Positions 37,000 to 47,900 of a DNA stretch of 64,000 nt are shown one piece after another. A program made the position numbers and the translations under genes. Within the stretch, counting starts at the first letter, position 1, and each line of letters starts with the position of its first letter. The notes below the pieces were generated by a model, which did no database searches, was not told the origin of the DNA, and saw nothing but the letters and a program-made list of their open reading frames with translations. Origin of the DNA: Bacteroidota bacterium (GTDB lineage: Bacteria; Bacteroidota; Ignavibacteria; UBA10030; UBA6906); NCBI GenBank assembly GCA_030835135.1, contig JAUQWO010000079.1, positions 39,396 through 103,395 on the forward strand, given 5' to 3'.

Positions 37000-39828
37000 A
37001 TGAACCTCCGTACCACGCTACTCCTCATCCTCGCCCTCGGTATCGCCGTGTCCGCCTTCGCTGGCAACACGGGGAAGATCGCGGGAATCGCGAAGGACGC
37101 GCAGACAGGGGAGACCCTCGTCGGCGTGAACGTCGTCATCGAGGGGACGTCGATGGGCGCTGCCACGAACCTCGACGGCCAGTATGTCATCCTGAACGTG
37201 CCTCCGGGCAAATATACGCTGATCGCGTCCGCCGTGGGCTTCAATAAGAAGACCATCACGAACGTGTCGGTCTCCATCGACCTCACCACGACGATCGACT
37301 TCACGATATCGTCGCAGGTCGTGGATGTTGGCGAGGAAGTGGTCGTCACGGCCGAGCGTCCGCTCGTCCAGCGGGACCTCACGGCGAAGACCGCGGTGGT
37401 CGGCGGCGACCAGATCGCGGCCCTGCCGGTGACCGAGGTGGCGCAGGTGCTGCAACTGCAGGCGGGCTTCGTCGCCGGCAGCCTGCGTGGCGGCCGCAAG
37501 GGCGAGGTCGCGTACTGGATCGACGGTGTGCCCGTGACCGACGGCTTCAACGGCTCGCAGATCGTCGAGGTGAACAAGAACCTCGTGCAGGAACTCCAGC
37601 TCGTCTCCGGCGCCTTCAATGCCGAATACGGACAGGCGATGTCCGGCATCGTCAATATCGCCACCAAGGAAGGGAGCCCGCGGTTCGCAGGCGGGGCGGG
37701 GGCGTACATCGGACAGTACGTCACGACGTACAATGGCGATTCGTTGTTCCCGGGCCTCGGGTCATTCAAGCCCACCGCGATCCGGAATTTCGAAGCGAAC
37801 TTGAGCGGGCCGGTCATCGGCGAAGACCTGACCTTCTTCATCAATGGCCGCTACATCTACTTCGACGGGTGGCGCAAGGGATACCGCCGGTACACGCCGT
37901 CCAACATCTCCTATACGGATGACATCACCCGTCAGTTCACGATGTACCGCGATGCATCAGGCCGCGGCGACAGCGCGGTGGTGCCCATGAACTGGAGCGA
38001 ACGGTACTACGGCCAGGGCAAGCTCACCTGGCGCATCTCGCCCGTGATCAAGCTCAACGCGAACTACATCTATGATTACAACAAGTCCCAGGCGTACGAC
38101 CGGAACTACTTCTACAATCCGGATGGCAAGGGCGTGGATATCAACGACAGCCATACCCTCATCATGCAATTGTCGCACACGCTCAGTTCTTCCACGTTCT
38201 ATACCCTCGGCGCGTCATGGTTCCAGCGCGGATCGAAATACCGCCTGTACGATCTGACGTACGAGCCGGCGACCGACGGGTCGGGCGATCTCATCGAAGC
38301 ACTCAATCCCTCGGGTCCTCATTATGTGCATCCGAAACTGTTCCTGACGGACGATCCGTACAGCTTCTATACCGGCGGTACCGACATGGGCCGGTTCCGC
38401 CGCACGACAACGACGAAGCTGGTGAAGCTGGATGTCTCCTCGCAGCTCGATTTCTCGAATCTGGTGAAGGCCGGCGCCGAGATCCGGTTGAACAATGTGT
38501 TCTACGAGAACATCACGCTCCAGCCCATCGCAGAGCAGTCGGACATCAATCTGGCGACCGCGAACCCCTACATCCGGACGCGCATCCTCCCGCTCTCCTC
38601 GCTCTATCATGACATGTACAATCACAGTCCGAAGGAGCTCTCGGCGTACATCCAGGACAAGATGGAGTTCAAGGACTTCATCCTGAATATCGGTATCCGT
38701 TTCGACTACTTCGATCCCGATGGCTACGTCCTGAACGATGAGCACCCCGATGTGAATGATCCGTTGCACTCCACGTACACGGTGGACGATCCCAACATCT
38801 ACAGCCCCATCAAGCCCGAGAATCGCGCGAAGTCGCTTGCCGAACGCATGACCTACTGGTACCGCAAGGCCAAGGCGAAGTGGCAGTTCAGCCCGCGCAT
38901 CGGCGGCTCCTTCCCGATCACGGCGGAAGGCATCGTGCACTTCTCCTACGGGCACTTCTTCCAGGTGCCGCGGTTCGAACGGCTCTATGAGAACCCCGAC
39001 TTCAAGATCGGATTCGGGACGGGGAATCAGGGCGTGGTCGGGAATGCAGACCTGGAACCGGAACAGACGATCAACGCCGAGATCGGCGTGCAGCAGCAGC
39101 TGGCGCCGGACCTCTCGGTGGACGTGACCGCGTACCTGCGTGACATCCGCGGCCTCACGGGCACGCGGGCAGACGAGATCATCGTCTTCGGCGGGAGCGC
39201 CAAGTACAGCAAGTATGTGAACAGCGATTTCGGGTTTGTGAAGGGCATCGTGCTCACGTTGAACAAGCGATTCGGTGGCGGGTTCTCGGCCACGGTCGAT
39301 TACACGTATCAGGTGGCCAAGGGGAGTGCCTCGGACCCGCAGGAAGCCCGGAACGCGGTCGCGGGCGGTTCATTGCCGGAGGTCCAGCTCACGCCGCTCG
39401 GGTGGGACCAGCGTCACACGCTCAACATGACCGCATCGTATGCCGCACCGCACTGGGGTGTGAGCGCCATCGGTCAGTATGGTAGCGGCACGCCGTACAC
39501 GCCGCGCCGTGCAGCGGACATCACGACACTCCTCACGAACAGCCAGTTGAAACCCGGCTTCTTCAACATTGACCTCCGTGCCTATTATGAGATCAAGGTC
39601 GATCCGTTCAACGTCGTGATCTTTGCACGTGCGTTCAATCTGCTGGACATCCGGAACGAAACGGACGTGTTCGATGACACCGGCCGTGCAGGCTTCACCA
39701 CGGATGAGGCCCGGGTCAGTCTGACGAATCCGCGCCAGCGCATCAATTCACTCGACGAGTGGTACCGGCGTCCGCAGAACTACTCGGAGCCCCGTCGTCT
39801 CGAATTCGGCATGAATCTGGAGTTCTAG
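37000..39828 (+). CDS. TonB-dependent receptor (non-SusC type) with an N-terminal carboxypeptidase-regulatory-like domain
   Basis: Signal peptide; GETLVGVNVVIEGT..GAAT, plug RGGRKGEVAYWIDG, GAFNAEYGQAMSGIVN, FSPRIG, GNADLEPE; C-terminal Phe. Confidence 0.93.
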   Translation: MNLRTTLLLILALGIAVSAFAGNTGKIAGIAKDAQTGETLVGVNVVIEGTSMGAATNLDGQYVILNVPPGKYTLIASAVGFNKKTITNVSVSIDLTTTIDFTISSQVVDVGEEVVVTAERPLVQRDLTAKTAVVGGDQIAALPVTEVAQVLQLQAGFVAGSLRGGRKGEVAYWIDGVPVTDGFNGSQIVEVNKNLVQELQLVSGAFNAEYGQAMSGIVNIATKEGSPRFAGGAGAYIGQYVTTYNGDSLFPGLGSFKPTAIRNFEANLSGPVIGEDLTFFINGRYIYFDGWRKGYRRYTPSNISYTDDITRQFTMYRDASGRGDSAVVPMNWSERYYGQGKLTWRISPVIKLNANYIYDYNKSQAYDRNYFYNPDGKGVDINDSHTLIMQLSHTLSSSTFYTLGASWFQRGSKYRLYDLTYEPATDGSGDLIEALNPSGPHYVHPKLFLTDDPYSFYTGGTDMGRFRRTTTTKLVKLDVSSQLDFSNLVKAGAEIRLNNVFYENITLQPIAEQSDINLATANPYIRTRILPLSSLYHDMYNHSPKELSAYIQDKMEFKDFILNIGIRFDYFDPDGYVLNDEHPDVNDPLHSTYTVDDPNIYSPIKPENRAKSLAERMTYWYRKAKAKWQFSPRIGGSFPITAEGIVHFSYGHFFQVPRFERLYENPDFKIGFGTGNQGVVGNADLEPEQTINAEIGVQQQLAPDLSVDVTAYLRDIRGLTGTRADEIIVFGGSAKYSKYVNSDFGFVKGIVLTLNKRFGGGFSATVDYTYQVAKGSASDPQEARNAVAGGSLPEVQLTPLGWDQRHTLNMTASYAAPHWGVSAIGQYGSGTPYTPRRAADITTLLTNSQLKPGFFNIDLRAYYEIKVDPFNVVIFARAFNLLDIRNETDVFDDTGRAGFTTDEARVSLTNPRQRINSLDEWYRRPQNYSEPRRLEFGMNLEF

Positions 39829-39829
39829 C

Positions 39830-42800
39830 ATGAAAACGATCCGGCTTCTTCTTTTCCTGTCAGCGACAGCACTTCTTGTGGCCGGCTACGGACACGCCCA
39901 GAGCGGCCGCGAGTACCGCCGGTCAGCCGTCATGAACGGCAACCAGGTCCGCACGGTGTTCGGCAACTGGGGCGTCATCGGCCAGCCGACGGACACCCGT
40001 CCGCGTGGCTCCTGGAAGAACGATAACAACGGCTACCTCGGCGATGTGAGTCCCTTCGTCGGTGCCGAGGTCCGGTGGCAGGATACCTCCTTCCGTTCCG
40101 TGGTCTCGAGTCCGGTGGCGCGCCCGACGCAGCTCGCGGACCTCGATCCGGCGACGGGTGAGAACTGGACGTTCGAACCTGTGAACGGGTACTTCGCGCC
40201 GTCGCCGAACCAGAACATCGCGATGAGCAATGATGCGAGGACCTGGCCGGAGGTATGGCCCGATAAGTTGGGAGATGGTGTGGATCCGGGCTGGAAGGGC
40301 TCCTGGAACGGCTACTTTGGCAAACGCATCAGCGCCGATCTGGAATCGTATTTCGTCATGGACGACAATGTGGACCGCCGGTTCAACTTCCCGTTGAACA
40401 ACGCGCGGGGCATCGCGTTCAAACCGGATTCCACCAACGTCAGCCGGAACGGCCTCGCGCTCGAAGTACGCGTGCGCGCGATGCAATGGGCGCAGTTCCT
40501 GGCCCAGGACAACATCTTCTGGCTGTATGAGATCGCCAACAAAGGCACGACCACCTATGACCGCGCCGTGTTCGGCATGCTCGTGGGTACCTATATCGGC
40601 GTCACGGGCAGTGACGGCAGCCCGCAGGAGTACGACGACGACTGGTCGTTCTATGATGTGTTCACCAACATCACGTACACGGCGGACTTCGACCGGAACA
40701 CGCTCCGCAACCCGCGCTGGAATCAGCGCTTCCCGGTCGGCATGGTCGGGTATGCCTTCCTGGAGAGCCCGGGTAACCCGTTCGACGGCATCGACAACGA
40801 TGGCGATGCGGATTCCACGACCATCGGGAGCGCCGCGCCGCAATTCGATGCAACGAGCTTCGACTCGACGTCGATCCGTGCCGGACAGACCATCATCCTG
40901 ATCCGTGATGACTACAGCAGGGTGGCGTTCCTCGTTCCGAACCGCGACTCGGTGAAGATCAAGACCCGTGGCATGCGCGACTCGGTCTGGATCTATCCGG
41001 GCAGGACCAAGGTCGTGGAAGGCAATATCGTCCGCGATATTCTCGGGAACGACGTGGTGAACCGCAATGCCTATGACGGTATCGACAACAATTTCAACGG
41101 CCTGATCGACGAGAACCGGTACCTCCACTACCGTCAGTTCAAGCGGAACCGGAACGCCCCGTTCCAGGTCCTTCTCGACATCCTCCGCCCCGTCCGGCAC
41201 GCCGACGTGGCCGCGGGCGGCGTGGCCAACCCCCTCAGTCTGATCGACGAGCGCCGGAACGACCGGATCGATAACGATCAGGACTGGAACATCGCGTTCG
41301 ATGACGTCGGGCGCGACGGCATCGGGTCGACCGCGGTGAATTATCCGGGACCGGACGCCGGGGAAGGCGACGGCCTGCCCACCTCAGGGTACGATGTCCT
41401 GGGGAAGGACACCGGACTGCCGGGCGAGCCGAACGTCGATAAGACCGACGTGGATGAGTCGGACCAGATCGGCCTCTCGAGCTTCTACTACTTTACGCCC
41501 GCCAACGTGGTGCGGCTCGGTGATGATGAAGAACTCTGGAAGGACCTTGCGCCCGGTTATTTCGATGTGCCGACGTCCATCGTGAACAACAAACCGGAGC
41601 GTGGCGAGGACGGCGATTTCATCTACGGCTCGGGGTACTTTCCGCTGCTGGCGGGTGCGACCGAACGGTTCTCCCTGGCTCTGGTGTACGGTGGCGGCAA
41701 AGGTGGGAGCGTCCAGGATGACATCAACGATCTGTTGAAGAACAAGCGCACCGTCCAGAAGATCTACGATGCGAACTATCAGTTCCCGACGCCGCCGGAC
41801 AAACCGACGCTGGTCGCCGTTCCCGGTGACCGTCAGGTGACGTTGTACTGGGACCGCGTTGCCGAAGCGACCGTAGATCCGGTGCTGCGTACGCGCGACT
41901 TCGAAGGGTACAAGATCTACAAGTCCACCGACCCCGACTTCAGCGACGTCTTCACGATCACCGATGCAACGGGGACGCCCCGCGGGTATCAGCCGCTCGT
42001 GCAGTTCGACATCGTGAACGGCATCCGGGGGTACTTCCAGGCATCCGGCGAACTGTTCCAGGCCGCCGCCGGTTATTCGTTCCGGATGGGCGATGACACC
42101 GGACTCAAGCATTCGTACGTGGACACGGAGGTGGAGAACGGGCGCCGGTACTACTATGCGATCGTTGCCTATGACCGCGGCGATGAAGTGACCGGGATCT
42201 TCCCGGGCGAGAACACCAAGCAGGTGCGCGTGCTCTCCACCGGCGAAGTGGAGAGGGACATCAACGTTGCCGTGGTGACACCCAACGCCCGCAGCGCCGG
42301 GTACGTTGCGCCGGGATCGGGGGTATCCGCGGTGCATCAGGCAGGACCGGCCACCGGTTCGATGATGTTCGGCATCCTCGACCCGAAGGCGCTCACCGGT
42401 CATCGCTACCGTGTCAGTTTCACGGACACGCAGATGGACAGCATCGACAACAACGCCAACGGGAAGCTCGATCTTGCCGACAGCACCGAATGGTCACGGA
42501 TCACGACCTCCTATTCCGTCGAGGATATGGCCGTGATAACGGAGCAGTTCATCAGTCAGGATACGGTGAACATCAGCCTGGGCCGGAAGAATCTGATCGC
42601 CGGCACGATCACGGTCAGGAATCAGCAGGGGAGCACCATTGATCCCGCGAACTACGTGCTGAACACCGCCCGTGGCGCCATCCGTGGCAGTGGCCCCGGC
42701 ACCCTGCCTGCGGGTACCTACACGATCAGCTACCGGTACTACCCCGTGTTCCGGAGTCCGAACCTTCAGGGGTCACCGTACCAGGTGGAGAACGGCGAAT

Positions 42801-43681
42801 CGGACATCTTTGACGGCGTCACGCTGCTGTTCAGCAATTTCTGGTCGGTGAAGGACACCGCGGATGCGACCACCGGCTGGGTAGGCAAGAGTGCGTACGT
42901 CGTCAACCTCGGCGCGACGAACCTTCCGTTGCTGGATCCTCCGCTCCTGGGCTACAAGCGGTCGGCGGACTACGAGATACAATTCGCGAACAGCGTCGTC
43001 GACACTTCGACGGTGGGTCCGTTCCCGTACGACGTTGCCATCCCGGTGAACTTCCGGGTGTACAACCGGACCGACAGCACGTTCGCGAAATTCCTCTTCA
43101 CCGAAGGTCCCTCCGCGAACGGCAACGGCAAGATGTCGCCGCTGGACGAGCTGATCGTCATGGAGAACAACCCCCGGGGCGAACTCTCGCCCACATGGGA
43201 CCTGTTCATCCTAGCGAAGGTAGGCGATCCCTCGGACACAGTGTACAATCTGGGCAACGGGGACAAGTTCATTTTCAAGATGACGAAGCCGTTCCGGAAC
43301 GGTGATGTGTTCGAGTTCGTCACCGAGGTGCCGAAAGTGGACAACGCGGTTGCCGGCGGGAGTCTGGACCGCATCCGCGTGGTCCCGAACCCCTATGTGA
43401 CCGCCGCGGAGTTCGAACCGCCGTTGAACCCGGGTATCACGAGCGGGCGCGGCGAGCGCAAGATGGATTTCACCCATCTTCCTGCCGGGGCCATCATCAA
43501 GATCTTCACGTCGCGCGGGGATCATGTGGTCACCTTGTATCACGACGGTGCCATCGAGGATGGGACGGTGTCGTGGAACCTGAAGACGAAGGAGAATCTG
43601 GACATTGCCTTCGGCGTCTATTTCTATGTCGTTGAATCGCCGGTGGGGAACAAGACCGGCAAGATCGCGATCATTAAGTGA
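39830..43681 (+). CDS. Large secreted surface protein (1283 aa) with Ca-binding motifs, an FN3-like domain and a T9SS-like CTD
   Basis: Signal peptide without lipobox; DGIDNDGD-type motifs; VTLYWD..FEGYKIYKS..YYYAIVAYD; C-terminal VVPNPY..IKIFT..WNL..GVYFY..GKIAIIK. Confidence 0.85.
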   Translation: MKTIRLLLFLSATALLVAGYGHAQSGREYRRSAVMNGNQVRTVFGNWGVIGQPTDTRPRGSWKNDNNGYLGDVSPFVGAEVRWQDTSFRSVVSSPVARPTQLADLDPATGENWTFEPVNGYFAPSPNQNIAMSNDARTWPEVWPDKLGDGVDPGWKGSWNGYFGKRISADLESYFVMDDNVDRRFNFPLNNARGIAFKPDSTNVSRNGLALEVRVRAMQWAQFLAQDNIFWLYEIANKGTTTYDRAVFGMLVGTYIGVTGSDGSPQEYDDDWSFYDVFTNITYTADFDRNTLRNPRWNQRFPVGMVGYAFLESPGNPFDGIDNDGDADSTTIGSAAPQFDATSFDSTSIRAGQTIILIRDDYSRVAFLVPNRDSVKIKTRGMRDSVWIYPGRTKVVEGNIVRDILGNDVVNRNAYDGIDNNFNGLIDENRYLHYRQFKRNRNAPFQVLLDILRPVRHADVAAGGVANPLSLIDERRNDRIDNDQDWNIAFDDVGRDGIGSTAVNYPGPDAGEGDGLPTSGYDVLGKDTGLPGEPNVDKTDVDESDQIGLSSFYYFTPANVVRLGDDEELWKDLAPGYFDVPTSIVNNKPERGEDGDFIYGSGYFPLLAGATERFSLALVYGGGKGGSVQDDINDLLKNKRTVQKIYDANYQFPTPPDKPTLVAVPGDRQVTLYWDRVAEATVDPVLRTRDFEGYKIYKSTDPDFSDVFTITDATGTPRGYQPLVQFDIVNGIRGYFQASGELFQAAAGYSFRMGDDTGLKHSYVDTEVENGRRYYYAIVAYDRGDEVTGIFPGENTKQVRVLSTGEVERDINVAVVTPNARSAGYVAPGSGVSAVHQAGPATGSMMFGILDPKALTGHRYRVSFTDTQMDSIDNNANGKLDLADSTEWSRITTSYSVEDMAVITEQFISQDTVNISLGRKNLIAGTITVRNQQGSTIDPANYVLNTARGAIRGSGPGTLPAGTYTISYRYYPVFRSPNLQGSPYQVENGESDIFDGVTLLFSNFWSVKDTADATTGWVGKSAYVVNLGATNLPLLDPPLLGYKRSADYEIQFANSVVDTSTVGPFPYDVAIPVNFRVYNRTDSTFAKFLFTEGPSANGNGKMSPLDELIVMENNPRGELSPTWDLFILAKVGDPSDTVYNLGNGDKFIFKMTKPFRNGDVFEFVTEVPKVDNAVAGGSLDRIRVVPNPYVTAAEFEPPLNPGITSGRGERKMDFTHLPAGAIIKIFTSRGDHVVTLYHDGAIEDGTVSWNLKTKENLDIAFGVYFYVVESPVGNKTGKIAIIK

Positions 43682-43689
43682 GGATGACC

Positions 43690-44724
43690 ATGAAAACACT
43701 CCGTAGTCTGACCGTGGTGTGCGCGATCGCCGGAATGCTGGTCATCCTGGGTGTGCAGGAGCCGGTGACCGCACAGAGCAAAGTAGGGACCACCGCCGCG
43801 CAGTTCCTCGGCATCTCGGTGGGTCCGCGGGCCATTGCCATGGGCAGTGCGTTCGTCGCGTCGAATGATGATGCCACATCGCTGTACTGGAATCCCGGCG
43901 CCTTCCAGCAGGCCGGGACCTCCCAGCTCACGTTCTCGAACACCGACTGGCTCGTCGGCACCAAGTTCCGCTGGTTCGGTCTGATGCTGAATCTTGGCAG
44001 CGAGGATGCTGTCGGCATCAGTCTCACGCAGCTCGACTATGGCGAGGAGGACGTCACGACCGTTGCGTCCCCGAACGGGACCGGCGAACGGTGGTCGGCC
44101 CAGGACCTGGCGATCGGTGTGTCCTATTGCCGCCGCCTCACGGACCGGTTCTCGATGGGCGGCACGGTGAAGTATGTGGAGCAGCGGATCTGGAACGAGA
44201 GCGCGAGCACGTTCGCATTCGATCTCGGGTTGTTGTTCGTCACGGGCTTCAACGACATGCGGCTCGGTGTGTCGATGTCGAATTTCGGCGGCGAAATGAC
44301 ATTGGCCGGGCGCGACCTGCTCGAGCGCGTAGATATCGATCCGCTGAACTCGGGATCGAACAAGGCGCTGGTGGGGAACCTCAAGACCGATCCCTGGGCC
44401 ATCCCGTTGCTGTTCCGTGTCGGTGTGGCGATGGATGCCTACAAGGATGAGATGTTCCGTGTCACGGTTGCTGCCGATGCGTTGCGCCCGAACGACAATG
44501 ATGAATCGGTGAACGTCGGTGGCGAGTTCGCGTTCAACGATATGGTCTTCCTCCGCGGGGGGTACAAATCGGTCTTCGGGAAGGGACTTGAGGAGGGACT
44601 GTCGCTGGGTGCCGGCGTGAAGTACACCGCCGAGGGGATCGGTGCGCTGGAGGTTGACTATGCGTTCACGAAGTTCGGCTTGTTCGGCAACATCAATACC
44701 ATCGCTCTTTCCGTGGCATTCTGA
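43690..44724 (+). CDS. PorV/PorQ-like (UPF0164) outer-membrane beta-barrel
   Basis: AAQFLGISVGPRAIAMG, ATSLYWNPGA, DLGLLF, PLLFRVG, LRGGY; C-terminal Phe. Confidence 0.88.
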   Translation: MKTLRSLTVVCAIAGMLVILGVQEPVTAQSKVGTTAAQFLGISVGPRAIAMGSAFVASNDDATSLYWNPGAFQQAGTSQLTFSNTDWLVGTKFRWFGLMLNLGSEDAVGISLTQLDYGEEDVTTVASPNGTGERWSAQDLAIGVSYCRRLTDRFSMGGTVKYVEQRIWNESASTFAFDLGLLFVTGFNDMRLGVSMSNFGGEMTLAGRDLLERVDIDPLNSGSNKALVGNLKTDPWAIPLLFRVGVAMDAYKDEMFRVTVAADALRPNDNDESVNVGGEFAFNDMVFLRGGYKSVFGKGLEEGLSLGAGVKYTAEGIGALEVDYAFTKFGLFGNINTIALSVAF

Positions 44725-44822
44725 TCAGGGGGACGGTGCGTCCGTGCGGCATGCGAAGGAAAGGATGGCCGGGGGGAGCTCGTGACGATGCGGTGACGTG
44801 ACGGGTGAGGGGTCGATCGGGC

Positions 44823-44851
44823 TTGACACGGAGAAGGCAATTGTCTACGTT
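44823..44851 (+). promoter_or_regulatory. Internal sigma70 promoter
   Basis: TTGACA-17 nt-TACGTT, 70 nt upstream of the ATG, which has an AAGGAG RBS. Confidence 0.65.
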
Positions 44852-44920
44852 GCACAACACTTTTCGTTTCACGTTGTTTCCGTTGTACCCACAATCCACT
44901 ACACATACAAGGAGTGCATC

Positions 44921-47900
44921 ATGAAACACTTCGCAAAACTTCTGCTTTCGCTGTTGGTGATCGCAGGGGTCTCTTTGGGTTATGCCGGGAGCGCCGAGAA
45001 GACCGCAGAGGAAGGCGGCAAGGTCATCGTTCCGATGAACCCTGCGAACCTCGACGGTCTGAACAGCGGATGGGTTCCCGTCATGCCTGACCAGGGTTCC
45101 GTCACCTACGGTGGCGCACAGTACCTTGCTCCGGCAACGGTGTTCCTGAGCGGTTACAGCACGACGGCGGACTACCTGTACCGTTCGTACGATCATGGGA
45201 ACAGCTGGACGAGGCTGGCCCCGCCGACGAGCAACAAGGGTTTCGTCTTCGCAGCGCGTGACAGCAACCTGGTCGTTGCCGGCACGTTCGGCGGCACCGT
45301 GCTCCGTTCAACGGACGGTGGTGCGACGTGGGACACGACCTATCAGCACGTGGACTACATCGACGGCATCGTGTTCGTCGGCCAGGACACCCTCGTGGCG
45401 TCCGGTGACTTTGACGACAAGGGCTTCCTGATGATCCGCAGCACGGACGCCGGGCAGACCTGGACGCGGCAGACGATCGCTCCGGCGGATTCCGCCATGA
45501 GCTATGCGTACGCCACGTACCGTCAGTCCATCGCGGTGTACAACAAGACCGTGTGGGTGACCCTGTACAAGAGCGGCGTCAATGCCCGCATCATGAAGAG
45601 CGTCGATGCCGGTGCCACATGGACATCGTGGGAAGTGCCGTTGACGGGTGGCACGGCCCAGAACTACTATCTCCGTTCCATCAATATGCTGGATGACAGC
45701 ATCGGCTTCGCGGTCGACCGTCAGGTCGGCTCGGGCCTCGCGAACTATCTCCACCGGACCACCAATGGCGGTCTGACCTGGAGCGATACGCTGAACATGC
45801 AGGCTGGTGCCCACGCGGAAGCCCGCGTGAAGACGGCGAAAGGTATCCCGGGAACGAACAAGGTCATCGTCGGCGGTTTCGGCGCATCGACGGCCAAGAT
45901 GTGGATCTCGGACAACCTCGGTGTTGCCGGCAGCTTCACGCCGGTCGCGGTCCCCGGCACCGATATCACGAACATCGCGATCCTTGATTCCACGCACATG
46001 ATCACGGCTGGAATCAATACCGTGCTGAAGTACACGGGCAAGAACGTGCGTCAGGTGACGTTCCGGCTGAATACCGCGACCGTGCCCGACACGCTGCCGG
46101 TGACAGGTCAGACCGTCCAGATCCGCGGTGGTGTCAATCACGCCGGTGGTGTCTCGCCGATCACCTGGGGCAGCGAAGCCCAGAACAGCATGACCAAGGT
46201 CGGTGGTGACTACTGGAAGAAGACCGTGTACATGCAGGTCGGTGATACGCTGAGCTACAAGTATGTGATCGCGTATTCGACCGGCACGGGCTGGGAGCAG
46301 GGTGTGGTGCCGGCGGATTTCCCGGCGCAGACCAACGCGAACCGCTCGCTGATCGTGCCCGACAAGGACACGACCCTGAATGTCGAGTTCTGGAACAACG
46401 GTGCCAACACCCGTCCGCAGTACTTCCGTCCGTACGCTGACGCGGCCGATTCGTTCTTCACGGTGTACTTCCGCGTGAACATGAACGGCGTCATCTCCGG
46501 CGGTACCTATGGGTACAACGGTGACAAGGACACGCTCGCGGTGCGTGGCGGCGGTTCGGCCGGCAGCGATCTGGATTGGGGACGTTCCTCGTTCCTGACC
46601 CGTGAATCCCCGGCATCGAACGGCGACGGCTATACCAGCCCCGCGAATTCGTTCTGGTCGGCGGGTGTGAAGATCAAGAAAGCCGGCCTCACCGAAGGCG
46701 CGACGATCGGGTTCAAGTACCTCATCGGCTCCGACTGGAACCGTCCGGGTACCGGTGCGAAGGCAGACGAGGCCACGGACCGCAATTTCAAGGTCCCGGT
46801 CGGCTTCCAGGATACCACGCTGACGTGGGTGTACTTCAACAACGAAACCCCGACCGTGCGGGCGAACCCCGACACGATCAAGATCACGTTCCGTGCGAAC
46901 CTGGCCCAGGCCGCTGCCAATGGCGGGTTCAACGTGACGACGGATACCCTGTATGTCCGCACCGGCTACTTCAATACGACCAACGAGTCGGGCCGGAGCA
47001 AGATGATGACCCGTGTTTCCGGTACCATCTTCCAGCTGTCGGATACGATCATCACCGCAAAGAAGAAGGTCATGGACTATCAGTACTATACGGTCCGTGA
47101 CGGGCAGGACATCCGCGAAACCTATTACAACTTCTTCTACACCGGGCCGGTGCCGTCGGAAGCAGAACGCCGCCAGGTGATGATCGATTCGCTCGCATCG
47201 AAGACCGTGGCTCAGGTCGTGCTCGATACGGCGACCTCGATCACCGTCGCCCGCCGTCAGCCCGTGTTCCCGAACGGACGCAAGCTCGCCCGCACGGTGA
47301 ACGTGAAGTGGGAAGTGGACCTCCGTCCGGCCTACTACCAGGTGAAGCTGGGTGGCGATTCGCTGTCCGACATCCAGGGCACGTACACGATCCATACCTC
47401 CGAAGTCGATTCCATCATGAAGTGGGGCGTGTGGATCAACGGTCCGGCCGCTGGTGGCTGGAGCAACGACGGTGGCGATTGGGGTCTGCCGCTGGCAAGC
47501 AACCTTGCCAAGAAGCTGTATGACAACGGCACCAACGGCGACCGTGTCGCCGGCGACTCCATCTTTACGCGTCAGATCCTTGCGTCACCGGACAGCGTCG
47601 CGATCGGCACGAAGGACCGTGTCGGCCAGACCTTCAAGTTCGGTATCCGTGGTGGTGACAACGAAGGCGGCAAGGGCGGTTTCGGCAACAACCACAATGA
47701 GAACATCGTGGACACCGACACCATCTACACCCTGAGCAGCCAGTTCGGCAGCATCAACCCGGCATTCTACGATGCATGGGATTATGACCTGCGCAAGCCC
47801 AAGACCCCGACGAGCGTGTTCGATGCGGACAAGCCGCTGGTGTACGAACTTGCACAGAACTATCCGAACCCCTTCAACCCGACAACCAAGATCGAATACT

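Noticed and set aside
36492-37844. 450-aa minus-strand ORF
   Set aside because: Lies opposite the well-supported LacI and TBDR genes; low-complexity translation
37000-39828. Calling the TBDR susC
   Set aside because: No SusC signature (LKDASA.AIYG.R) and no adjacent susD
45308-47395. 695-aa minus-strand ORF
   Set aside because: Antisense shadow of the T9SS cargo gene
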